The notes below the pieces were generated by a model. The model was not told the origin of the DNA. It searched no databases and was given only the letters and a program-made list of their open reading frames with translations. From a virus: 64,000 nt of DNA. The stretch is from IMG/VR virus record IMGVR_UViG_3300035157_000972; one strand, written 5' to 3'. Below are positions 27,647-36,687 of this stretch, piece by piece (the first letter of the stretch is position 1; each line of letters begins with the position of its first letter). Both the position numbers and the translations under genes were made by a program.

Positions 27647-28898
27647 AACAAACCAAAAATTAGTAATGCAGGGAGGGATGATGCTCCCTGAAAATTTGGT
27701 GCGTTCTAATACCCCTATGATACCATCAAGGGAAAATAAGCAGAAAAATGAAGTAGTAACAAAAGATCCAACTTTTTCTGGGGTAGTTCCTTTGTCACGT
27801 AGGATGGCAACTGCATTTGATAAATTGCAAGAAAAGGTTGATGTTGATAAAGGATTGCAGAAGAAAGATACCGTAGCACTTGGTAAACTCCTATTAGAGA
27901 TTGAATTAGTAAATAACAATCTAAAAAATATAGCAAATGAAGTTCTAAAGTCGAATAAAAAAGTAACGGAATTAGCAGAAAAAGAAGAAGAGATACTGGA
28001 GGAAGAAGGTAAGAAACTAACAGGATTAGCAGCGAGTTTTCAGAATCTAAGACGTCAATTTGGAGCATTTGCCGGTTTAGTCTCAGCAAAAGAATTTCTT
28101 GAGGGAGATACTGCATCAGGATTAGAGAATGCAGGCATTGCAGTAACAGCATTCTTACCTGAGATTATAAAGGTTGTCAGCACTGTAGTGATGGCGAGAA
28201 TGTTGCTAGGTGGTCGTGGAGGAGGTGCTGGTGTTGCAACTATGGGTAAAGGTAATTTATTATCTCAATTATTAGTTGGTGGTGGACTACTTACTACAGG
28301 AGCAATCCTAGGTTCTCAAGGAGATTCTGACCAGAGAAGATTTGAATTAAAGAAAAGGCAATTTTTACCTAACTTGCTCACAAAGAATGATGTAGGTAGA
28401 TTTAGAGCAACCACTACAAGATTTGATAATATATTAGATGGGACAAATAGACCTGTTGTAAAAAATAACTTCCCAAATACATTATCGGACGATGTTGAGA
28501 TGCCTGCAGGTCCAATGGAAATTGCAGGTAATTTCTTTGAAAATGTAAAAGAAAGGTTTTTTAAAGACGATGAAGAAGAAAACGATGAAGTCATTGAAGA
28601 AACCAGTGAAAAAGGTGATAAAAATTTAATATCTGCATTACCTACAGATAATAAAACTCTTTTTGAAGAATCGGATATGTTGTTAGGAAGTGCACTTGAT
28701 CTTGGGGATATATCAGGACTCACCAATGTATTTGTGGATGGAGGAGATGGTGAAGAGGGAGATATGAATAACAATATAGCATTCAATCCCGGAACTTCTC
28801 CGGGAAGTAGTTTTATTCATGTTAATCCAGAATATGAGAATATTATAAAAATACCATTTGTACTGCAATATGGTGGTTTCTCATCAATGGCAGGGTAG
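27639..28898 (+). CDS. Putative baseplate hub/tape-measure-like structural protein
   Basis: Coiled-coil and Gly-rich hydrophobic segments; position after gp51. Confidence 0.5.
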   Translation: MAETNQKLVMQGGMMLPENLVRSNTPMIPSRENKQKNEVVTKDPTFSGVVPLSRRMATAFDKLQEKVDVDKGLQKKDTVALGKLLLEIELVNNNLKNIANEVLKSNKKVTELAEKEEEILEEEGKKLTGLAASFQNLRRQFGAFAGLVSAKEFLEGDTASGLENAGIAVTAFLPEIIKVVSTVVMARMLLGGRGGGAGVATMGKGNLLSQLLVGGGLLTTGAILGSQGDSDQRRFELKKRQFLPNLLTKNDVGRFRATTTRFDNILDGTNRPVVKNNFPNTLSDDVEMPAGPMEIAGNFFENVKERFFKDDEEENDEVIEETSEKGDKNLISALPTDNKTLFEESDMLLGSALDLGDISGLTNVFVDGGDGEEGDMNNNIAFNPGTSPGSSFIHVNPEYENIIKIPFVLQYGGFSSMAG

Positions 28899-30365
28899 AT
28901 GGACATTTCATTACTACTAAAAAATCAACAGATTGGTCTTAGGACTAGCAGTGCATTATTAAAGAATGCCATAGGTCAATCCATAGCGGTTAATGTTTTT
29001 TCTAAAACTAATCTATTAGAAAAAAAGAAGGAAGCATCAAAGAAAAGAATTAGAACTCTTGCTAATATACAGAATAACTTAGTACAAGAGAAAAGAACTG
29101 ATAGATTAGTTGATAATATTGCTTCAGGTGCAGGATTACTTAGTTTAGGTATTGGTGGTGGGAGAGGAAATAATATAACTCCAAGAAATAATATTGTATC
29201 TACAAGAGGACTCAGAACTACAAATCCCGGAAGATTTAGTGGATTATCCAGATTCAAAAATATTAGAGGTATAAGTAGAGGTAACGTTATTCTTAACACT
29301 GCATTTGCAGGACTTGATTTCAAGAATAGAAAATCGTTAGGTCAAACAAATACACAAGCATTAGCAGGTGCAGGTGGTGGTGCAGTTGGTGGTATTGCCG
29401 GTGCTGCAATAGGTCAAGCATTGATACCAATTCCTGTTATTGGTGCTCTTATAGGTGGTTTTATAGGTGCTAACCTAGGTTCTGGTGTCGCTGATCGTAT
29501 GACTGGAGTTACATCAGCAGATTTTAGAAGAAGAGAAGAAGAGAAACAAATTAATCTGAGAGAAAATGCAAGAACAGAATTTACAGAGGGATTAGATAGA
29601 TTTGATAGTGCCTTAGATAAGTTCGGTAGATATAATGAAGAAACAGATCTCTTTGTTCTAGCAGCAACAGGTAGAGATAAGGATGGGAAACTCATTAGAA
29701 CACCTACTGGTGGTGGTGGAGTTGGTCAAGCATTTGTTAATGAAGCATATAGAAGAGGTATCGCTGTAGGTGTATCAGGAATAGCTGTTGGTATTGTAGG
29801 AACTGTTGCAGTAGTCAAGGGTCTACCACTTGCTATCGGATTGGGTAAAAAACTTCTCATGCCAATGGTGACGAAAATTGGAAAGACGAAATTATTTCAA
29901 AATGTATTGAAATTTTTCAGAAGAAATGCAGATCCAACTAAAAGATTAAAAGAGCAACTTATCAAGAAAAGACTATTAGAACAGACTGAAAAGGAAAGGT
30001 TGATTGAAAAGATACTAAAAAACTTCAAAACTAAGGAATTTGAGGAAAGTGTAAAATTAGGAGAGGAATTTTCAAGGCGAGTTGACACAATAACTAAAGG
30101 ATTGAAGGAAGGATCTGGTATAAAAAAGGAATTTTCTCCAAGAATCGGTGATAAAGTGAAGATAAAAAACTTTCTAGATGATTTGTTAGACAAGGAGGGT
30201 ATTACAAACATAATCAAAAAATCAAAAGATTTCAAAATAGATAAGAATTTGCAATCTAACAATAATATTATCACTGGAGGTGATACTATCGCATATAATA
30301 CAGAAGATTCTCCTTACACTAGCACACTAAATAACATACGTGCTTTCAATCAGATGACGGTATAA
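28899..30365 (+). CDS. Putative tape-measure-like structural protein
   Basis: 'GGIAGAAIGQALIPIPVIGALIGG' glycine zipper; late operon. Confidence 0.5.
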   Translation: MDISLLLKNQQIGLRTSSALLKNAIGQSIAVNVFSKTNLLEKKKEASKKRIRTLANIQNNLVQEKRTDRLVDNIASGAGLLSLGIGGGRGNNITPRNNIVSTRGLRTTNPGRFSGLSRFKNIRGISRGNVILNTAFAGLDFKNRKSLGQTNTQALAGAGGGAVGGIAGAAIGQALIPIPVIGALIGGFIGANLGSGVADRMTGVTSADFRRREEEKQINLRENARTEFTEGLDRFDSALDKFGRYNEETDLFVLAATGRDKDGKLIRTPTGGGGVGQAFVNEAYRRGIAVGVSGIAVGIVGTVAVVKGLPLAIGLGKKLLMPMVTKIGKTKLFQNVLKFFRRNADPTKRLKEQLIKKRLLEQTEKERLIEKILKNFKTKEFEESVKLGEEFSRRVDTITKGLKEGSGIKKEFSPRIGDKVKIKNFLDDLLDKEGITNIIKKSKDFKIDKNLQSNNNIITGGDTIAYNTEDSPYTSTLNNIRAFNQMTV

Positions 30366-31690
30366 TGGCGAAGACAGGATATTATTCAAAAGGTGCTGAG
30401 ATAAAGGTTTTTAATGTTAAAAGTCCTGATGGTTCAGTCACACATGACATGAAGACTCTTTTAGGACCAATACAGATATATGAGGATCTAACTGATGCTT
30501 CAATTCATGTGAACGTAACTATACTTGATACGTTTGGTAAAAAGGAACATGTGCCGATACGAAGTGGTTCTGAGGTTCAACTTCTCATTGAATCTCCTTC
30601 TGGTGAAATTGATTTTACTAATTATCCATTATACATCAGTAATATAGTAGCTAGTGGAAGCACAGAGAAAAAGGATGTTTATACTTTAGAACTTGAAACT
30701 ATAGGTATGTTCAATAATAACTTGACAAGATTATACCAGAAATATAATGGTAAAGCAGATGTTCTTATCACTGAGTTTCTAAAACAGTTAGGTGTTCCTG
30801 ATTCTTGGATCGTAAAACTTGAGAAACCAAAATACCCAATACAATTCATGGGTAATTATAAGAGGATTCTACAAACATGTATAAGATTAGCGACACGATC
30901 ATTACCTGAGATAGAAGGAGATACTGGTACAGACACTCCTAATGAGGGTAGTGGTGGATTCTTCTTTTGGGAGTCTATAAAGGGGTATGTGTTTAGGAGT
31001 ATAGATAATCTTTTCAAAGAAGCAAAAGAATTGAAAAAAACTGGGAAGGTTGTAAAATATTTTCAGTCATCAACTATGGATGCATTAGACATGAGAAATA
31101 ATTTTAGAATTGTTTCTCAACCAGTATGGTCTACTAACCACAATTTACTTGAAAAATTGATGTCGGGTCAATATGCATCATATAATACCTTTATAGATGT
31201 GCTTGGGTCTGTTCACACTATACCTATAAGAGATACAAAGGCATCACAACAATTTCAACCAACATATGCTGAAGATGGTGCTGTGTTAGCAAATGAGGTC
31301 ACTCATAATCCAGAACAATTCTTGAAGGAGTCTAGAATAACCTTGTCAGTTATCGATTCTCGTACATTTGATGATGGAGAGAAATTTGATCCTGAAAGCA
31401 CTGGCAAAACTAACCAAGAACATGTATTATATAAGAGTAGGATTCAATCTCGTTATGCATCCTTATTCTCAGAAGTGCTTTCTATCACTGTTCCTATGAA
31501 CGTGGAGTTATCTGCAGGATCTGTCATAGAAGTTGAATTTCCTCGACTAAATATAGATGAACCTAATAGTGGGCATGTAAATCCTGCTTCAGGTTTCTAT
31601 ATGATCAAATCACTGTCTCATCAACTACTTGCAAAAGGTGATTTCACCGGACTCAAATTAGTTAGAGACTCTTACTCGGAACTATCATGA
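30365..31690 (+). CDS. Baseplate hub protein (gp27-like)
   Basis: 'IYEDL', 'FFFWES..FRSID', 'ITVPMNVELSAG', 'SGFYMIKSLSH..LVRDS'. Confidence 0.65.
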   Translation: MAKTGYYSKGAEIKVFNVKSPDGSVTHDMKTLLGPIQIYEDLTDASIHVNVTILDTFGKKEHVPIRSGSEVQLLIESPSGEIDFTNYPLYISNIVASGSTEKKDVYTLELETIGMFNNNLTRLYQKYNGKADVLITEFLKQLGVPDSWIVKLEKPKYPIQFMGNYKRILQTCIRLATRSLPEIEGDTGTDTPNEGSGGFFFWESIKGYVFRSIDNLFKEAKELKKTGKVVKYFQSSTMDALDMRNNFRIVSQPVWSTNHNLLEKLMSGQYASYNTFIDVLGSVHTIPIRDTKASQQFQPTYAEDGAVLANEVTHNPEQFLKESRITLSVIDSRTFDDGEKFDPESTGKTNQEHVLYKSRIQSRYASLFSEVLSITVPMNVELSAGSVIEVEFPRLNIDEPNSGHVNPASGFYMIKSLSHQLLAKGDFTGLKLVRDSYSELS

Positions 31691-31914
31691 AAACTATCGA
31701 AGATCACATAGCACACGACAAAGAGGTCATCGAAGACCCTATCGCAAGTCCTGCTGCTAGAAGGCATGCAAAGGCAGATTTGCATGAATTAGAAGAATAC
31801 ATGGATCATCACAAAGAAGAGATCGATGCAGGGGATCATCATGACCCTAATGCACTTGAATTATTCTGTGATATGCATCCTGATGAACCTGAATGCCTCA
31901 TTTATGATGATTAA
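31687..31914 (+). CDS. cp12: CP12 Calvin-cycle inhibitor
   Basis: C-terminal 'LELFCDMHPDEPECLIYDD' with the CP12 Cys pair. Confidence 0.92.
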   Translation: MKTIEDHIAHDKEVIEDPIASPAARRHAKADLHELEEYMDHHKEEIDAGDHHDPNALELFCDMHPDEPECLIYDD

Positions 31915-33888
31915 ATGGCGAATCCATTCTTAGAATATGTTGGTTCAGATTTTGCCGGTGAAGACGGACTCAAATATTTTTGGGGTCACGTCACAACTGA
32001 CGCAGCTTGGAGAGAACATCACAAAGAATATGGATATAGGGTAAAGGTTAGAATCATAGGAAAACATCCTGCGGAGGGCGATGAGTCGGAGGGAGGAGTT
32101 CCTGATAAGGATTTGCCTTGGGCAATCGTAATGATGAATCCTGTTTTTGGATCTGGTAAAGATCATGCAGGAACGTCTATGAATCTCCGTGGGGGTGAGT
32201 TGGTATGGGGTTTTTACGCTGATGAAGATCAACAAGTTCCCGTAATTGTTAGTAGCAATTATACTGGATTTAATACTATAAATGATGTAAATTATCTTGC
32301 AAGTGCTGATCTTTCCTATGAGTTTGTACAACCATATTCAAATCCTAATCTTATATGGTCTCTTGCCAATCAAACTATAAATGGCGGTGATCCGGCATCT
32401 AGTAATGGTATAATTGACGAAAATAATAAACTTAATAATGAAGATACAAAACAGGTACATATTGATGAGCAACAGATAGTTGTAAGAAAACCAGAGAAAT
32501 GTAAGGATGACAAATCCTTTGCGAGTCAAATCTCAAGATCTCTTGCATCTTTTATAGAAGTGGCAGAAGGACTAGAAGAGTTTCAAGAAACTTACATAGA
32601 TCCTGTGATGGATGAGATGAGAGATGTTCAAAAACTCGTAGCAGATACAGCAGAAATAATAGCAGGAGCATATGCTCAAGTCATAAGACTAGCAAGGAAG
32701 TTCTTATTTGCCAAGATATATGACTTGGTTGAGGAACTCATGGGATTTTTACAACTTGATAGTTTATTGAAGGACATTGCTGTCAAGAAAGCAGTGGATC
32801 AAATCTATTGTGTAATAGAGAATATTATAAAAGCACTACAAAAGGTTATAGAAGACTTCCTAATAGGATTGATAGGAAAGATTATACAAGCACCACTCTG
32901 TGCAGCAGAGCAGTTTTTAGGTGGGTTGAACACAAAAATGTTCAATGAAATTGAGTCAGCGATTGGTGATGCAATGGATTCCCTATCAGGAATTTTAGGA
33001 CCAATAGGATCGTTTATGGGATACCTTGAAAAGGCAATGGGTTACGCTCAAGTTGCTATAAAATTACTATCATGCGAAGATCAAAACTGTGAACCAGAAC
33101 CTTATGATTGGGCAATGAACTTTGGACCAACTAAGAAAACAAAACTCGATTTCAAGAAAACAATTGATATCTCTTCAAAATTCAATGCTGCAGGAATCGG
33201 TAAGTCTATTACAGATGGTATAGATAAATTCTTCGGATTAGATGACGATGACCTCGAAAATGCAGAAAGAGTTGCAGCGATCATTGGTGACTGTCCAATC
33301 CATAACAAAGTTTGTGGTCCACCGAAGATTGAAATATTTGGTGGTGGTGGAATAGGTGCAGCAGCAAATGCTGTTATCAATGAATTTGGTAGTATTGTGG
33401 GTGTAAATATGCAGTCACTTGGTGTAGGTTATAGTCAGAAACCTTATGTTAGTATAATAGACAATTGTGAAGGTAGAGGAGCAGAGGGTGAAGCAATAGT
33501 GAAAGACGGTCAAGTCATCAATATTATAATAAGAAGAGGTGGTGGAGGATATCAAACTCCTCCAGATGTAACTGATAGTGAGGGTACAAATGTTGTTGGT
33601 GAGATTGAAGATGTAGAAATTATAAGGACAGGTAGAAACTATAGAGAAGGTGATCTTATTGTAAGTCAATGTGGATCATTCAAACCAATATTAGATGGTA
33701 TTGGTAGAATAGTTGGTGCAAAAGTCGTCAGTGTTCATAAAGGTTGTAAAGTCATTCCAGATCTAACAATAAATACAGAAACTGGTCATGGAGCATTGGT
33801 GAGACCTATTATGAGATACAACAAATTTGATGGTGTTGTCATTCCTGATGGTGCTATGAAGGTAATTGATTGTGTTGCAGCATACTAA
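31915..33888 (+). CDS. gp5: Baseplate hub gp5-like protein (OB-fold N-terminus, no recognisable lysozyme)
   Basis: 'YRVKVRIIGKHP..DLPWA..VWGFYAD..QVPVI'. Confidence 0.8.
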   Translation: MANPFLEYVGSDFAGEDGLKYFWGHVTTDAAWREHHKEYGYRVKVRIIGKHPAEGDESEGGVPDKDLPWAIVMMNPVFGSGKDHAGTSMNLRGGELVWGFYADEDQQVPVIVSSNYTGFNTINDVNYLASADLSYEFVQPYSNPNLIWSLANQTINGGDPASSNGIIDENNKLNNEDTKQVHIDEQQIVVRKPEKCKDDKSFASQISRSLASFIEVAEGLEEFQETYIDPVMDEMRDVQKLVADTAEIIAGAYAQVIRLARKFLFAKIYDLVEELMGFLQLDSLLKDIAVKKAVDQIYCVIENIIKALQKVIEDFLIGLIGKIIQAPLCAAEQFLGGLNTKMFNEIESAIGDAMDSLSGILGPIGSFMGYLEKAMGYAQVAIKLLSCEDQNCEPEPYDWAMNFGPTKKTKLDFKKTIDISSKFNAAGIGKSITDGIDKFFGLDDDDLENAERVAAIIGDCPIHNKVCGPPKIEIFGGGGIGAAANAVINEFGSIVGVNMQSLGVGYSQKPYVSIIDNCEGRGAEGEAIVKDGQVINIIIRRGGGGYQTPPDVTDSEGTNVVGEIEDVEIIRTGRNYREGDLIVSQCGSFKPILDGIGRIVGAKVVSVHKGCKVIPDLTINTETGHGALVRPIMRYNKFDGVVIPDGAMKVIDCVAAY

Positions 33889-34433
33889 TGAGTAAAAATA
33901 CAGAAGCACTCATAATTAATACACCGGAAGATGGTTTTCTTCGTATTGGTAACACTACCGAAGATAGAAAACTGAGACCCGATCAGGTGCAATTAGGTGC
34001 CGGTTGTGGATCTAGTCTGAGAATTTTTGAGGATGGTGGATGGGAACTAAGATCCACAGAAAATAAAAAAGGTTGTAATATCATAGCAAGAGGAGAAGGT
34101 GGGTTACACATCTATTCAGATGGTGATATTAATATAGATGCAAGAGGTGACTTCAATGTGTCTGCAAAAAATATTACAATGGAAACTACTGCTGCTGATG
34201 GTGATTTTACAGTCTTCTGTAAAAGAGATATAATGCTTGATGCAGACAATAACTTCAAAGCACTTGGAACAAAGTGTGTTATTACAGCATCAGATACTCT
34301 AGTATCACACTCAAAGGGATGGAATGTCGTTGCTGGTAATCCAGTGTATGTGTATGAGAAGAAGACCAAACTTATACCAACTAGCACACAGGATATCTTG
34401 AATTCATTATTTGAACAATTCTTATTAAATTAG
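33888..34433 (+). CDS. gp5 C-terminal beta-helix-like spike protein
   Basis: 'LRIFEDG', repeated short strands 'GDINIDARGDFNVSAKNI'. Confidence 0.55.
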   Translation: MSKNTEALIINTPEDGFLRIGNTTEDRKLRPDQVQLGAGCGSSLRIFEDGGWELRSTENKKGCNIIARGEGGLHIYSDGDINIDARGDFNVSAKNITMETTAADGDFTVFCKRDIMLDADNNFKALGTKCVITASDTLVSHSKGWNVVAGNPVYVYEKKTKLIPTSTQDILNSLFEQFLLN

Positions 34434-34434
34434 T

Positions 34435-35295
34435 ATGGAATCACCAGAAGTATCAACGGGTAAACTCTATATCGGTCCAAGTATACCGGTAAAACTTGAC
34501 CTATCAGCATTTACTCTCAATTCAAAACTTCCGTTCAATGGAACACTAGCATGTGTGGGTCCTGCCTTCTTTGGTGCAGTTCCACCAACAGGTTTTGCAA
34601 GAGCAATGTGTCAGATGGGTCCGGGAATACCACCATTTGTATCAGCAGTTCCGGGTCTGACTCTTGAAGTGACAGGTGGAACACACCTGATGGGATATCT
34701 GAATGCTTTTGGATTGAACTCAATGATTGGTGTGACTAATAATATTGGTGTTCATAATGGTATAGGACTCAAGAATATGCTTGGGTTTCATAATAGGGTA
34801 GGAAAGCAGACAGCAGTTGGTGGAGAAACATCAGCAGAACCCAATAAGTTCTGTGCAGCACCAACGATGACTCTTACATCTATAAATGGCACACTCAGAG
34901 GTAGTTGGAATCATAATGGCGTACCACTGACTCTCCTGCATGCTCATTCAGATAGAAGTCTAAAGAAGAATATACAACCTATAATATCACCTCTATCCAA
35001 AGTTCTACAACTTCAGGGTGTTACGTTTGAATGGGATCATAAGACTTTGGCAAAGAATAGACCGGGAACAAATATGGGATTGATTGCTCAAGATACTGAA
35101 AAAGTAGTTCCAGAAGTGGTCATAAATACTCGTATCGATACCGATGGTGAAAATCGTGAAGTCAAAGGTATCATGTATGAAAACCTTACTGGTCTCTTGG
35201 TTGAGGCGATAAAGGAACAAAACAAGCGAATTGAACATCTAGAACAATGCATTGCTACACTACAAGCGGAAAAGTCCACACCGACGGAATCATAG
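34435..35295 (+). CDS. Structural protein with C-terminal intramolecular chaperone (peptidase S74) domain
   Basis: 'HSDRSLKKNI..LQGVTFEW..GLIAQD.EKVVPE..YENL..LLVEAIKE' plus coiled coil. Confidence 0.8.
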   Translation: MESPEVSTGKLYIGPSIPVKLDLSAFTLNSKLPFNGTLACVGPAFFGAVPPTGFARAMCQMGPGIPPFVSAVPGLTLEVTGGTHLMGYLNAFGLNSMIGVTNNIGVHNGIGLKNMLGFHNRVGKQTAVGGETSAEPNKFCAAPTMTLTSINGTLRGSWNHNGVPLTLLHAHSDRSLKKNIQPIISPLSKVLQLQGVTFEWDHKTLAKNRPGTNMGLIAQDTEKVVPEVVINTRIDTDGENREVKGIMYENLTGLLVEAIKEQNKRIEHLEQCIATLQAEKSTPTES

Positions 35296-35546
35296 AATTA
35301 CCGGAAGATTGGCGGGGTAACATCAAACCAGAAACAATTGCTGTACAACTGACTGCAATAGGGACAGCTCAGGAATTGTTTGTAAAAGAAATTCAGTGGG
35401 GAGCGAAGGTCATAGTAAGAAACGGTGGAGGTGGTGCAATGAATGCATATTATACTGTAACTGCAGAACCAATCAAAGTTGAAGAGGCACCAAAACCAAT
35501 CGTGCTGGATAATTTCAAACCAAAAAAGAAAAAGTTGACTGCATAG
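35247..35546 (+). CDS. Small structural/chaperone-like domain protein
   Basis: 'IELPEDW..ETIAVQLTAIG..QELFV..YYTVTAE'; overlaps the upstream ORF by 49 nt. Confidence 0.6.
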   Translation: MHCYTTSGKVHTDGIIELPEDWRGNIKPETIAVQLTAIGTAQELFVKEIQWGAKVIVRNGGGGAMNAYYTVTAEPIKVEEAPKPIVLDNFKPKKKKLTA

Positions 35547-35584
35547 TCTATTGTGGTATAATATGTGAGTACCCGACTTTTATT

Positions 35585-35758
35585 ATGATTGACGAATTTG
35601 TAGATCTCGTAGAGGTAAATGTCGCTGCGAGATCTTTTTCTTTGTTTGGTTCTAACGGATCCTCAAAGGTTATTGACAAACTATCAGTAAATCAGTTCAT
35701 GGCAGTCCTAGAAGTGATTAGGGCAGCAGAAGATGATACGGAAATAATTTATGTATGA
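35585..35758 (+). CDS. Small hypothetical protein (57 aa, not in ORF track)
   Basis: MIDEFVDLVEVNVAARSFSLFGSNG..VNQFMAVLEVIR; TTGACT..TGGTATAAT upstream. Confidence 0.6.
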   Translation: MIDEFVDLVEVNVAARSFSLFGSNGSSKVIDKLSVNQFMAVLEVIRAAEDDTEIIYV

Positions 35759-35904
35759 GCAAAATAAAATGCCCTGTATGCGGACATATCTGCAATAGCA
35801 GAATCGAATTTGGTTCGCATATAAGGCGTTGTCAAGCAATAACTGGAGATAGAAATTTCAAGTTCAATAGAAAAAAGAACTCAAAAAAGAAAAAGAAAAG
35901 ATAA
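35755..35904 (+). CDS. C2HC zinc-finger mini-protein with poly-basic tail (49 aa, not in ORF track)
   Basis: C-x2-C-x12-H-x3-C then RKKNSKKKKKR; ATGA coupling. Confidence 0.6.
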   Translation: MSKIKCPVCGHICNSRIEFGSHIRRCQAITGDRNFKFNRKKNSKKKKKR

Positions 35905-36645
35905 CTATTCTCTTATAAACTGAGCAAGATCAGGGTCTTGTAGTGTCTGTACGATCAGATTAGCACTAGCAACATCAGCGTCTAACTCATGTTCTGTTTT
36001 ACGATATCCATATTTTTGTAACTGATACTCTGATCTTGCTTCCTTGATTTCATTTATTGGTGTTCTAACAGCATCTCGTGCTGTTTGTAGTGATGTGATC
36101 TCATTATTTTTTGCAGTGATACTACTTGCATATGATGTGCATGGTGCTCCTGATCCTGACAAAGCAAAAAATGTTCCAATGCTAACAGTTATTATACCAG
36201 TATAAGTTGCAACCCCAACATTTGATGTGGTCATTGCAAAATTACTTTCGTTGAATGGATCTTCACCAACATAATTGGTGTTAGTGTAATCATAATTATA
36301 TAATTGAACTACATCCCTTCTTACATCTATAACTGCTGTAGCATCAGATACGTATGTTGAACATCCTACTTGTTCGGCACCGGTATACAAGTTGAATAAT
36401 TCTGTTTGTGCGTCACTAACAGGAGTATTGAGTGTTAATATACGATCGTCTAAACCTTTAGTAATGGGATCGAATCTGTTTATAACTTCTTCTAGATTTT
36501 CTATTTTAGCAAGAAGGTTATCTTCTGAATCTTTTATTTCAAAACCCTCTTGGGTTTTTTGTACTTCAGTTTTATCTTTCGCTGCTTTCTTTGCCTTCTC
36601 TTGAAAGGTCACTATTAGTTTTTCGGTTTCAGGACCAGATGCCAT
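35905..36645 (-). CDS. Hypothetical virion-associated protein
   Basis: 246-aa ORF with a TATAAATA late promoter on its strand. Confidence 0.6.
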   Translation of the reverse strand: MASGPETEKLIVTFQEKAKKAAKDKTEVQKTQEGFEIKDSEDNLLAKIENLEEVINRFDPITKGLDDRILTLNTPVSDAQTELFNLYTGAEQVGCSTYVSDATAVIDVRRDVVQLYNYDYTNTNYVGEDPFNESNFAMTTSNVGVATYTGIITVSIGTFFALSGSGAPCTSYASSITAKNNEITSLQTARDAVRTPINEIKEARSEYQLQKYGYRKTEHELDADVASANLIVQTLQDPDLAQFIRE

Positions 36646-36647
36646 AG

Positions 36648-36684
36648 TATAAATAGGTTGAAGGAGATAGTGTCAGTATTTATA
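36648..36684. promoter_or_regulatory. Pair of opposed T4-type late promoters
   Basis: TATAAATA at 36648-36655 (+) and 36677-36684 (-). Confidence 0.75.
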
Positions 36685-36687
36685 GGT

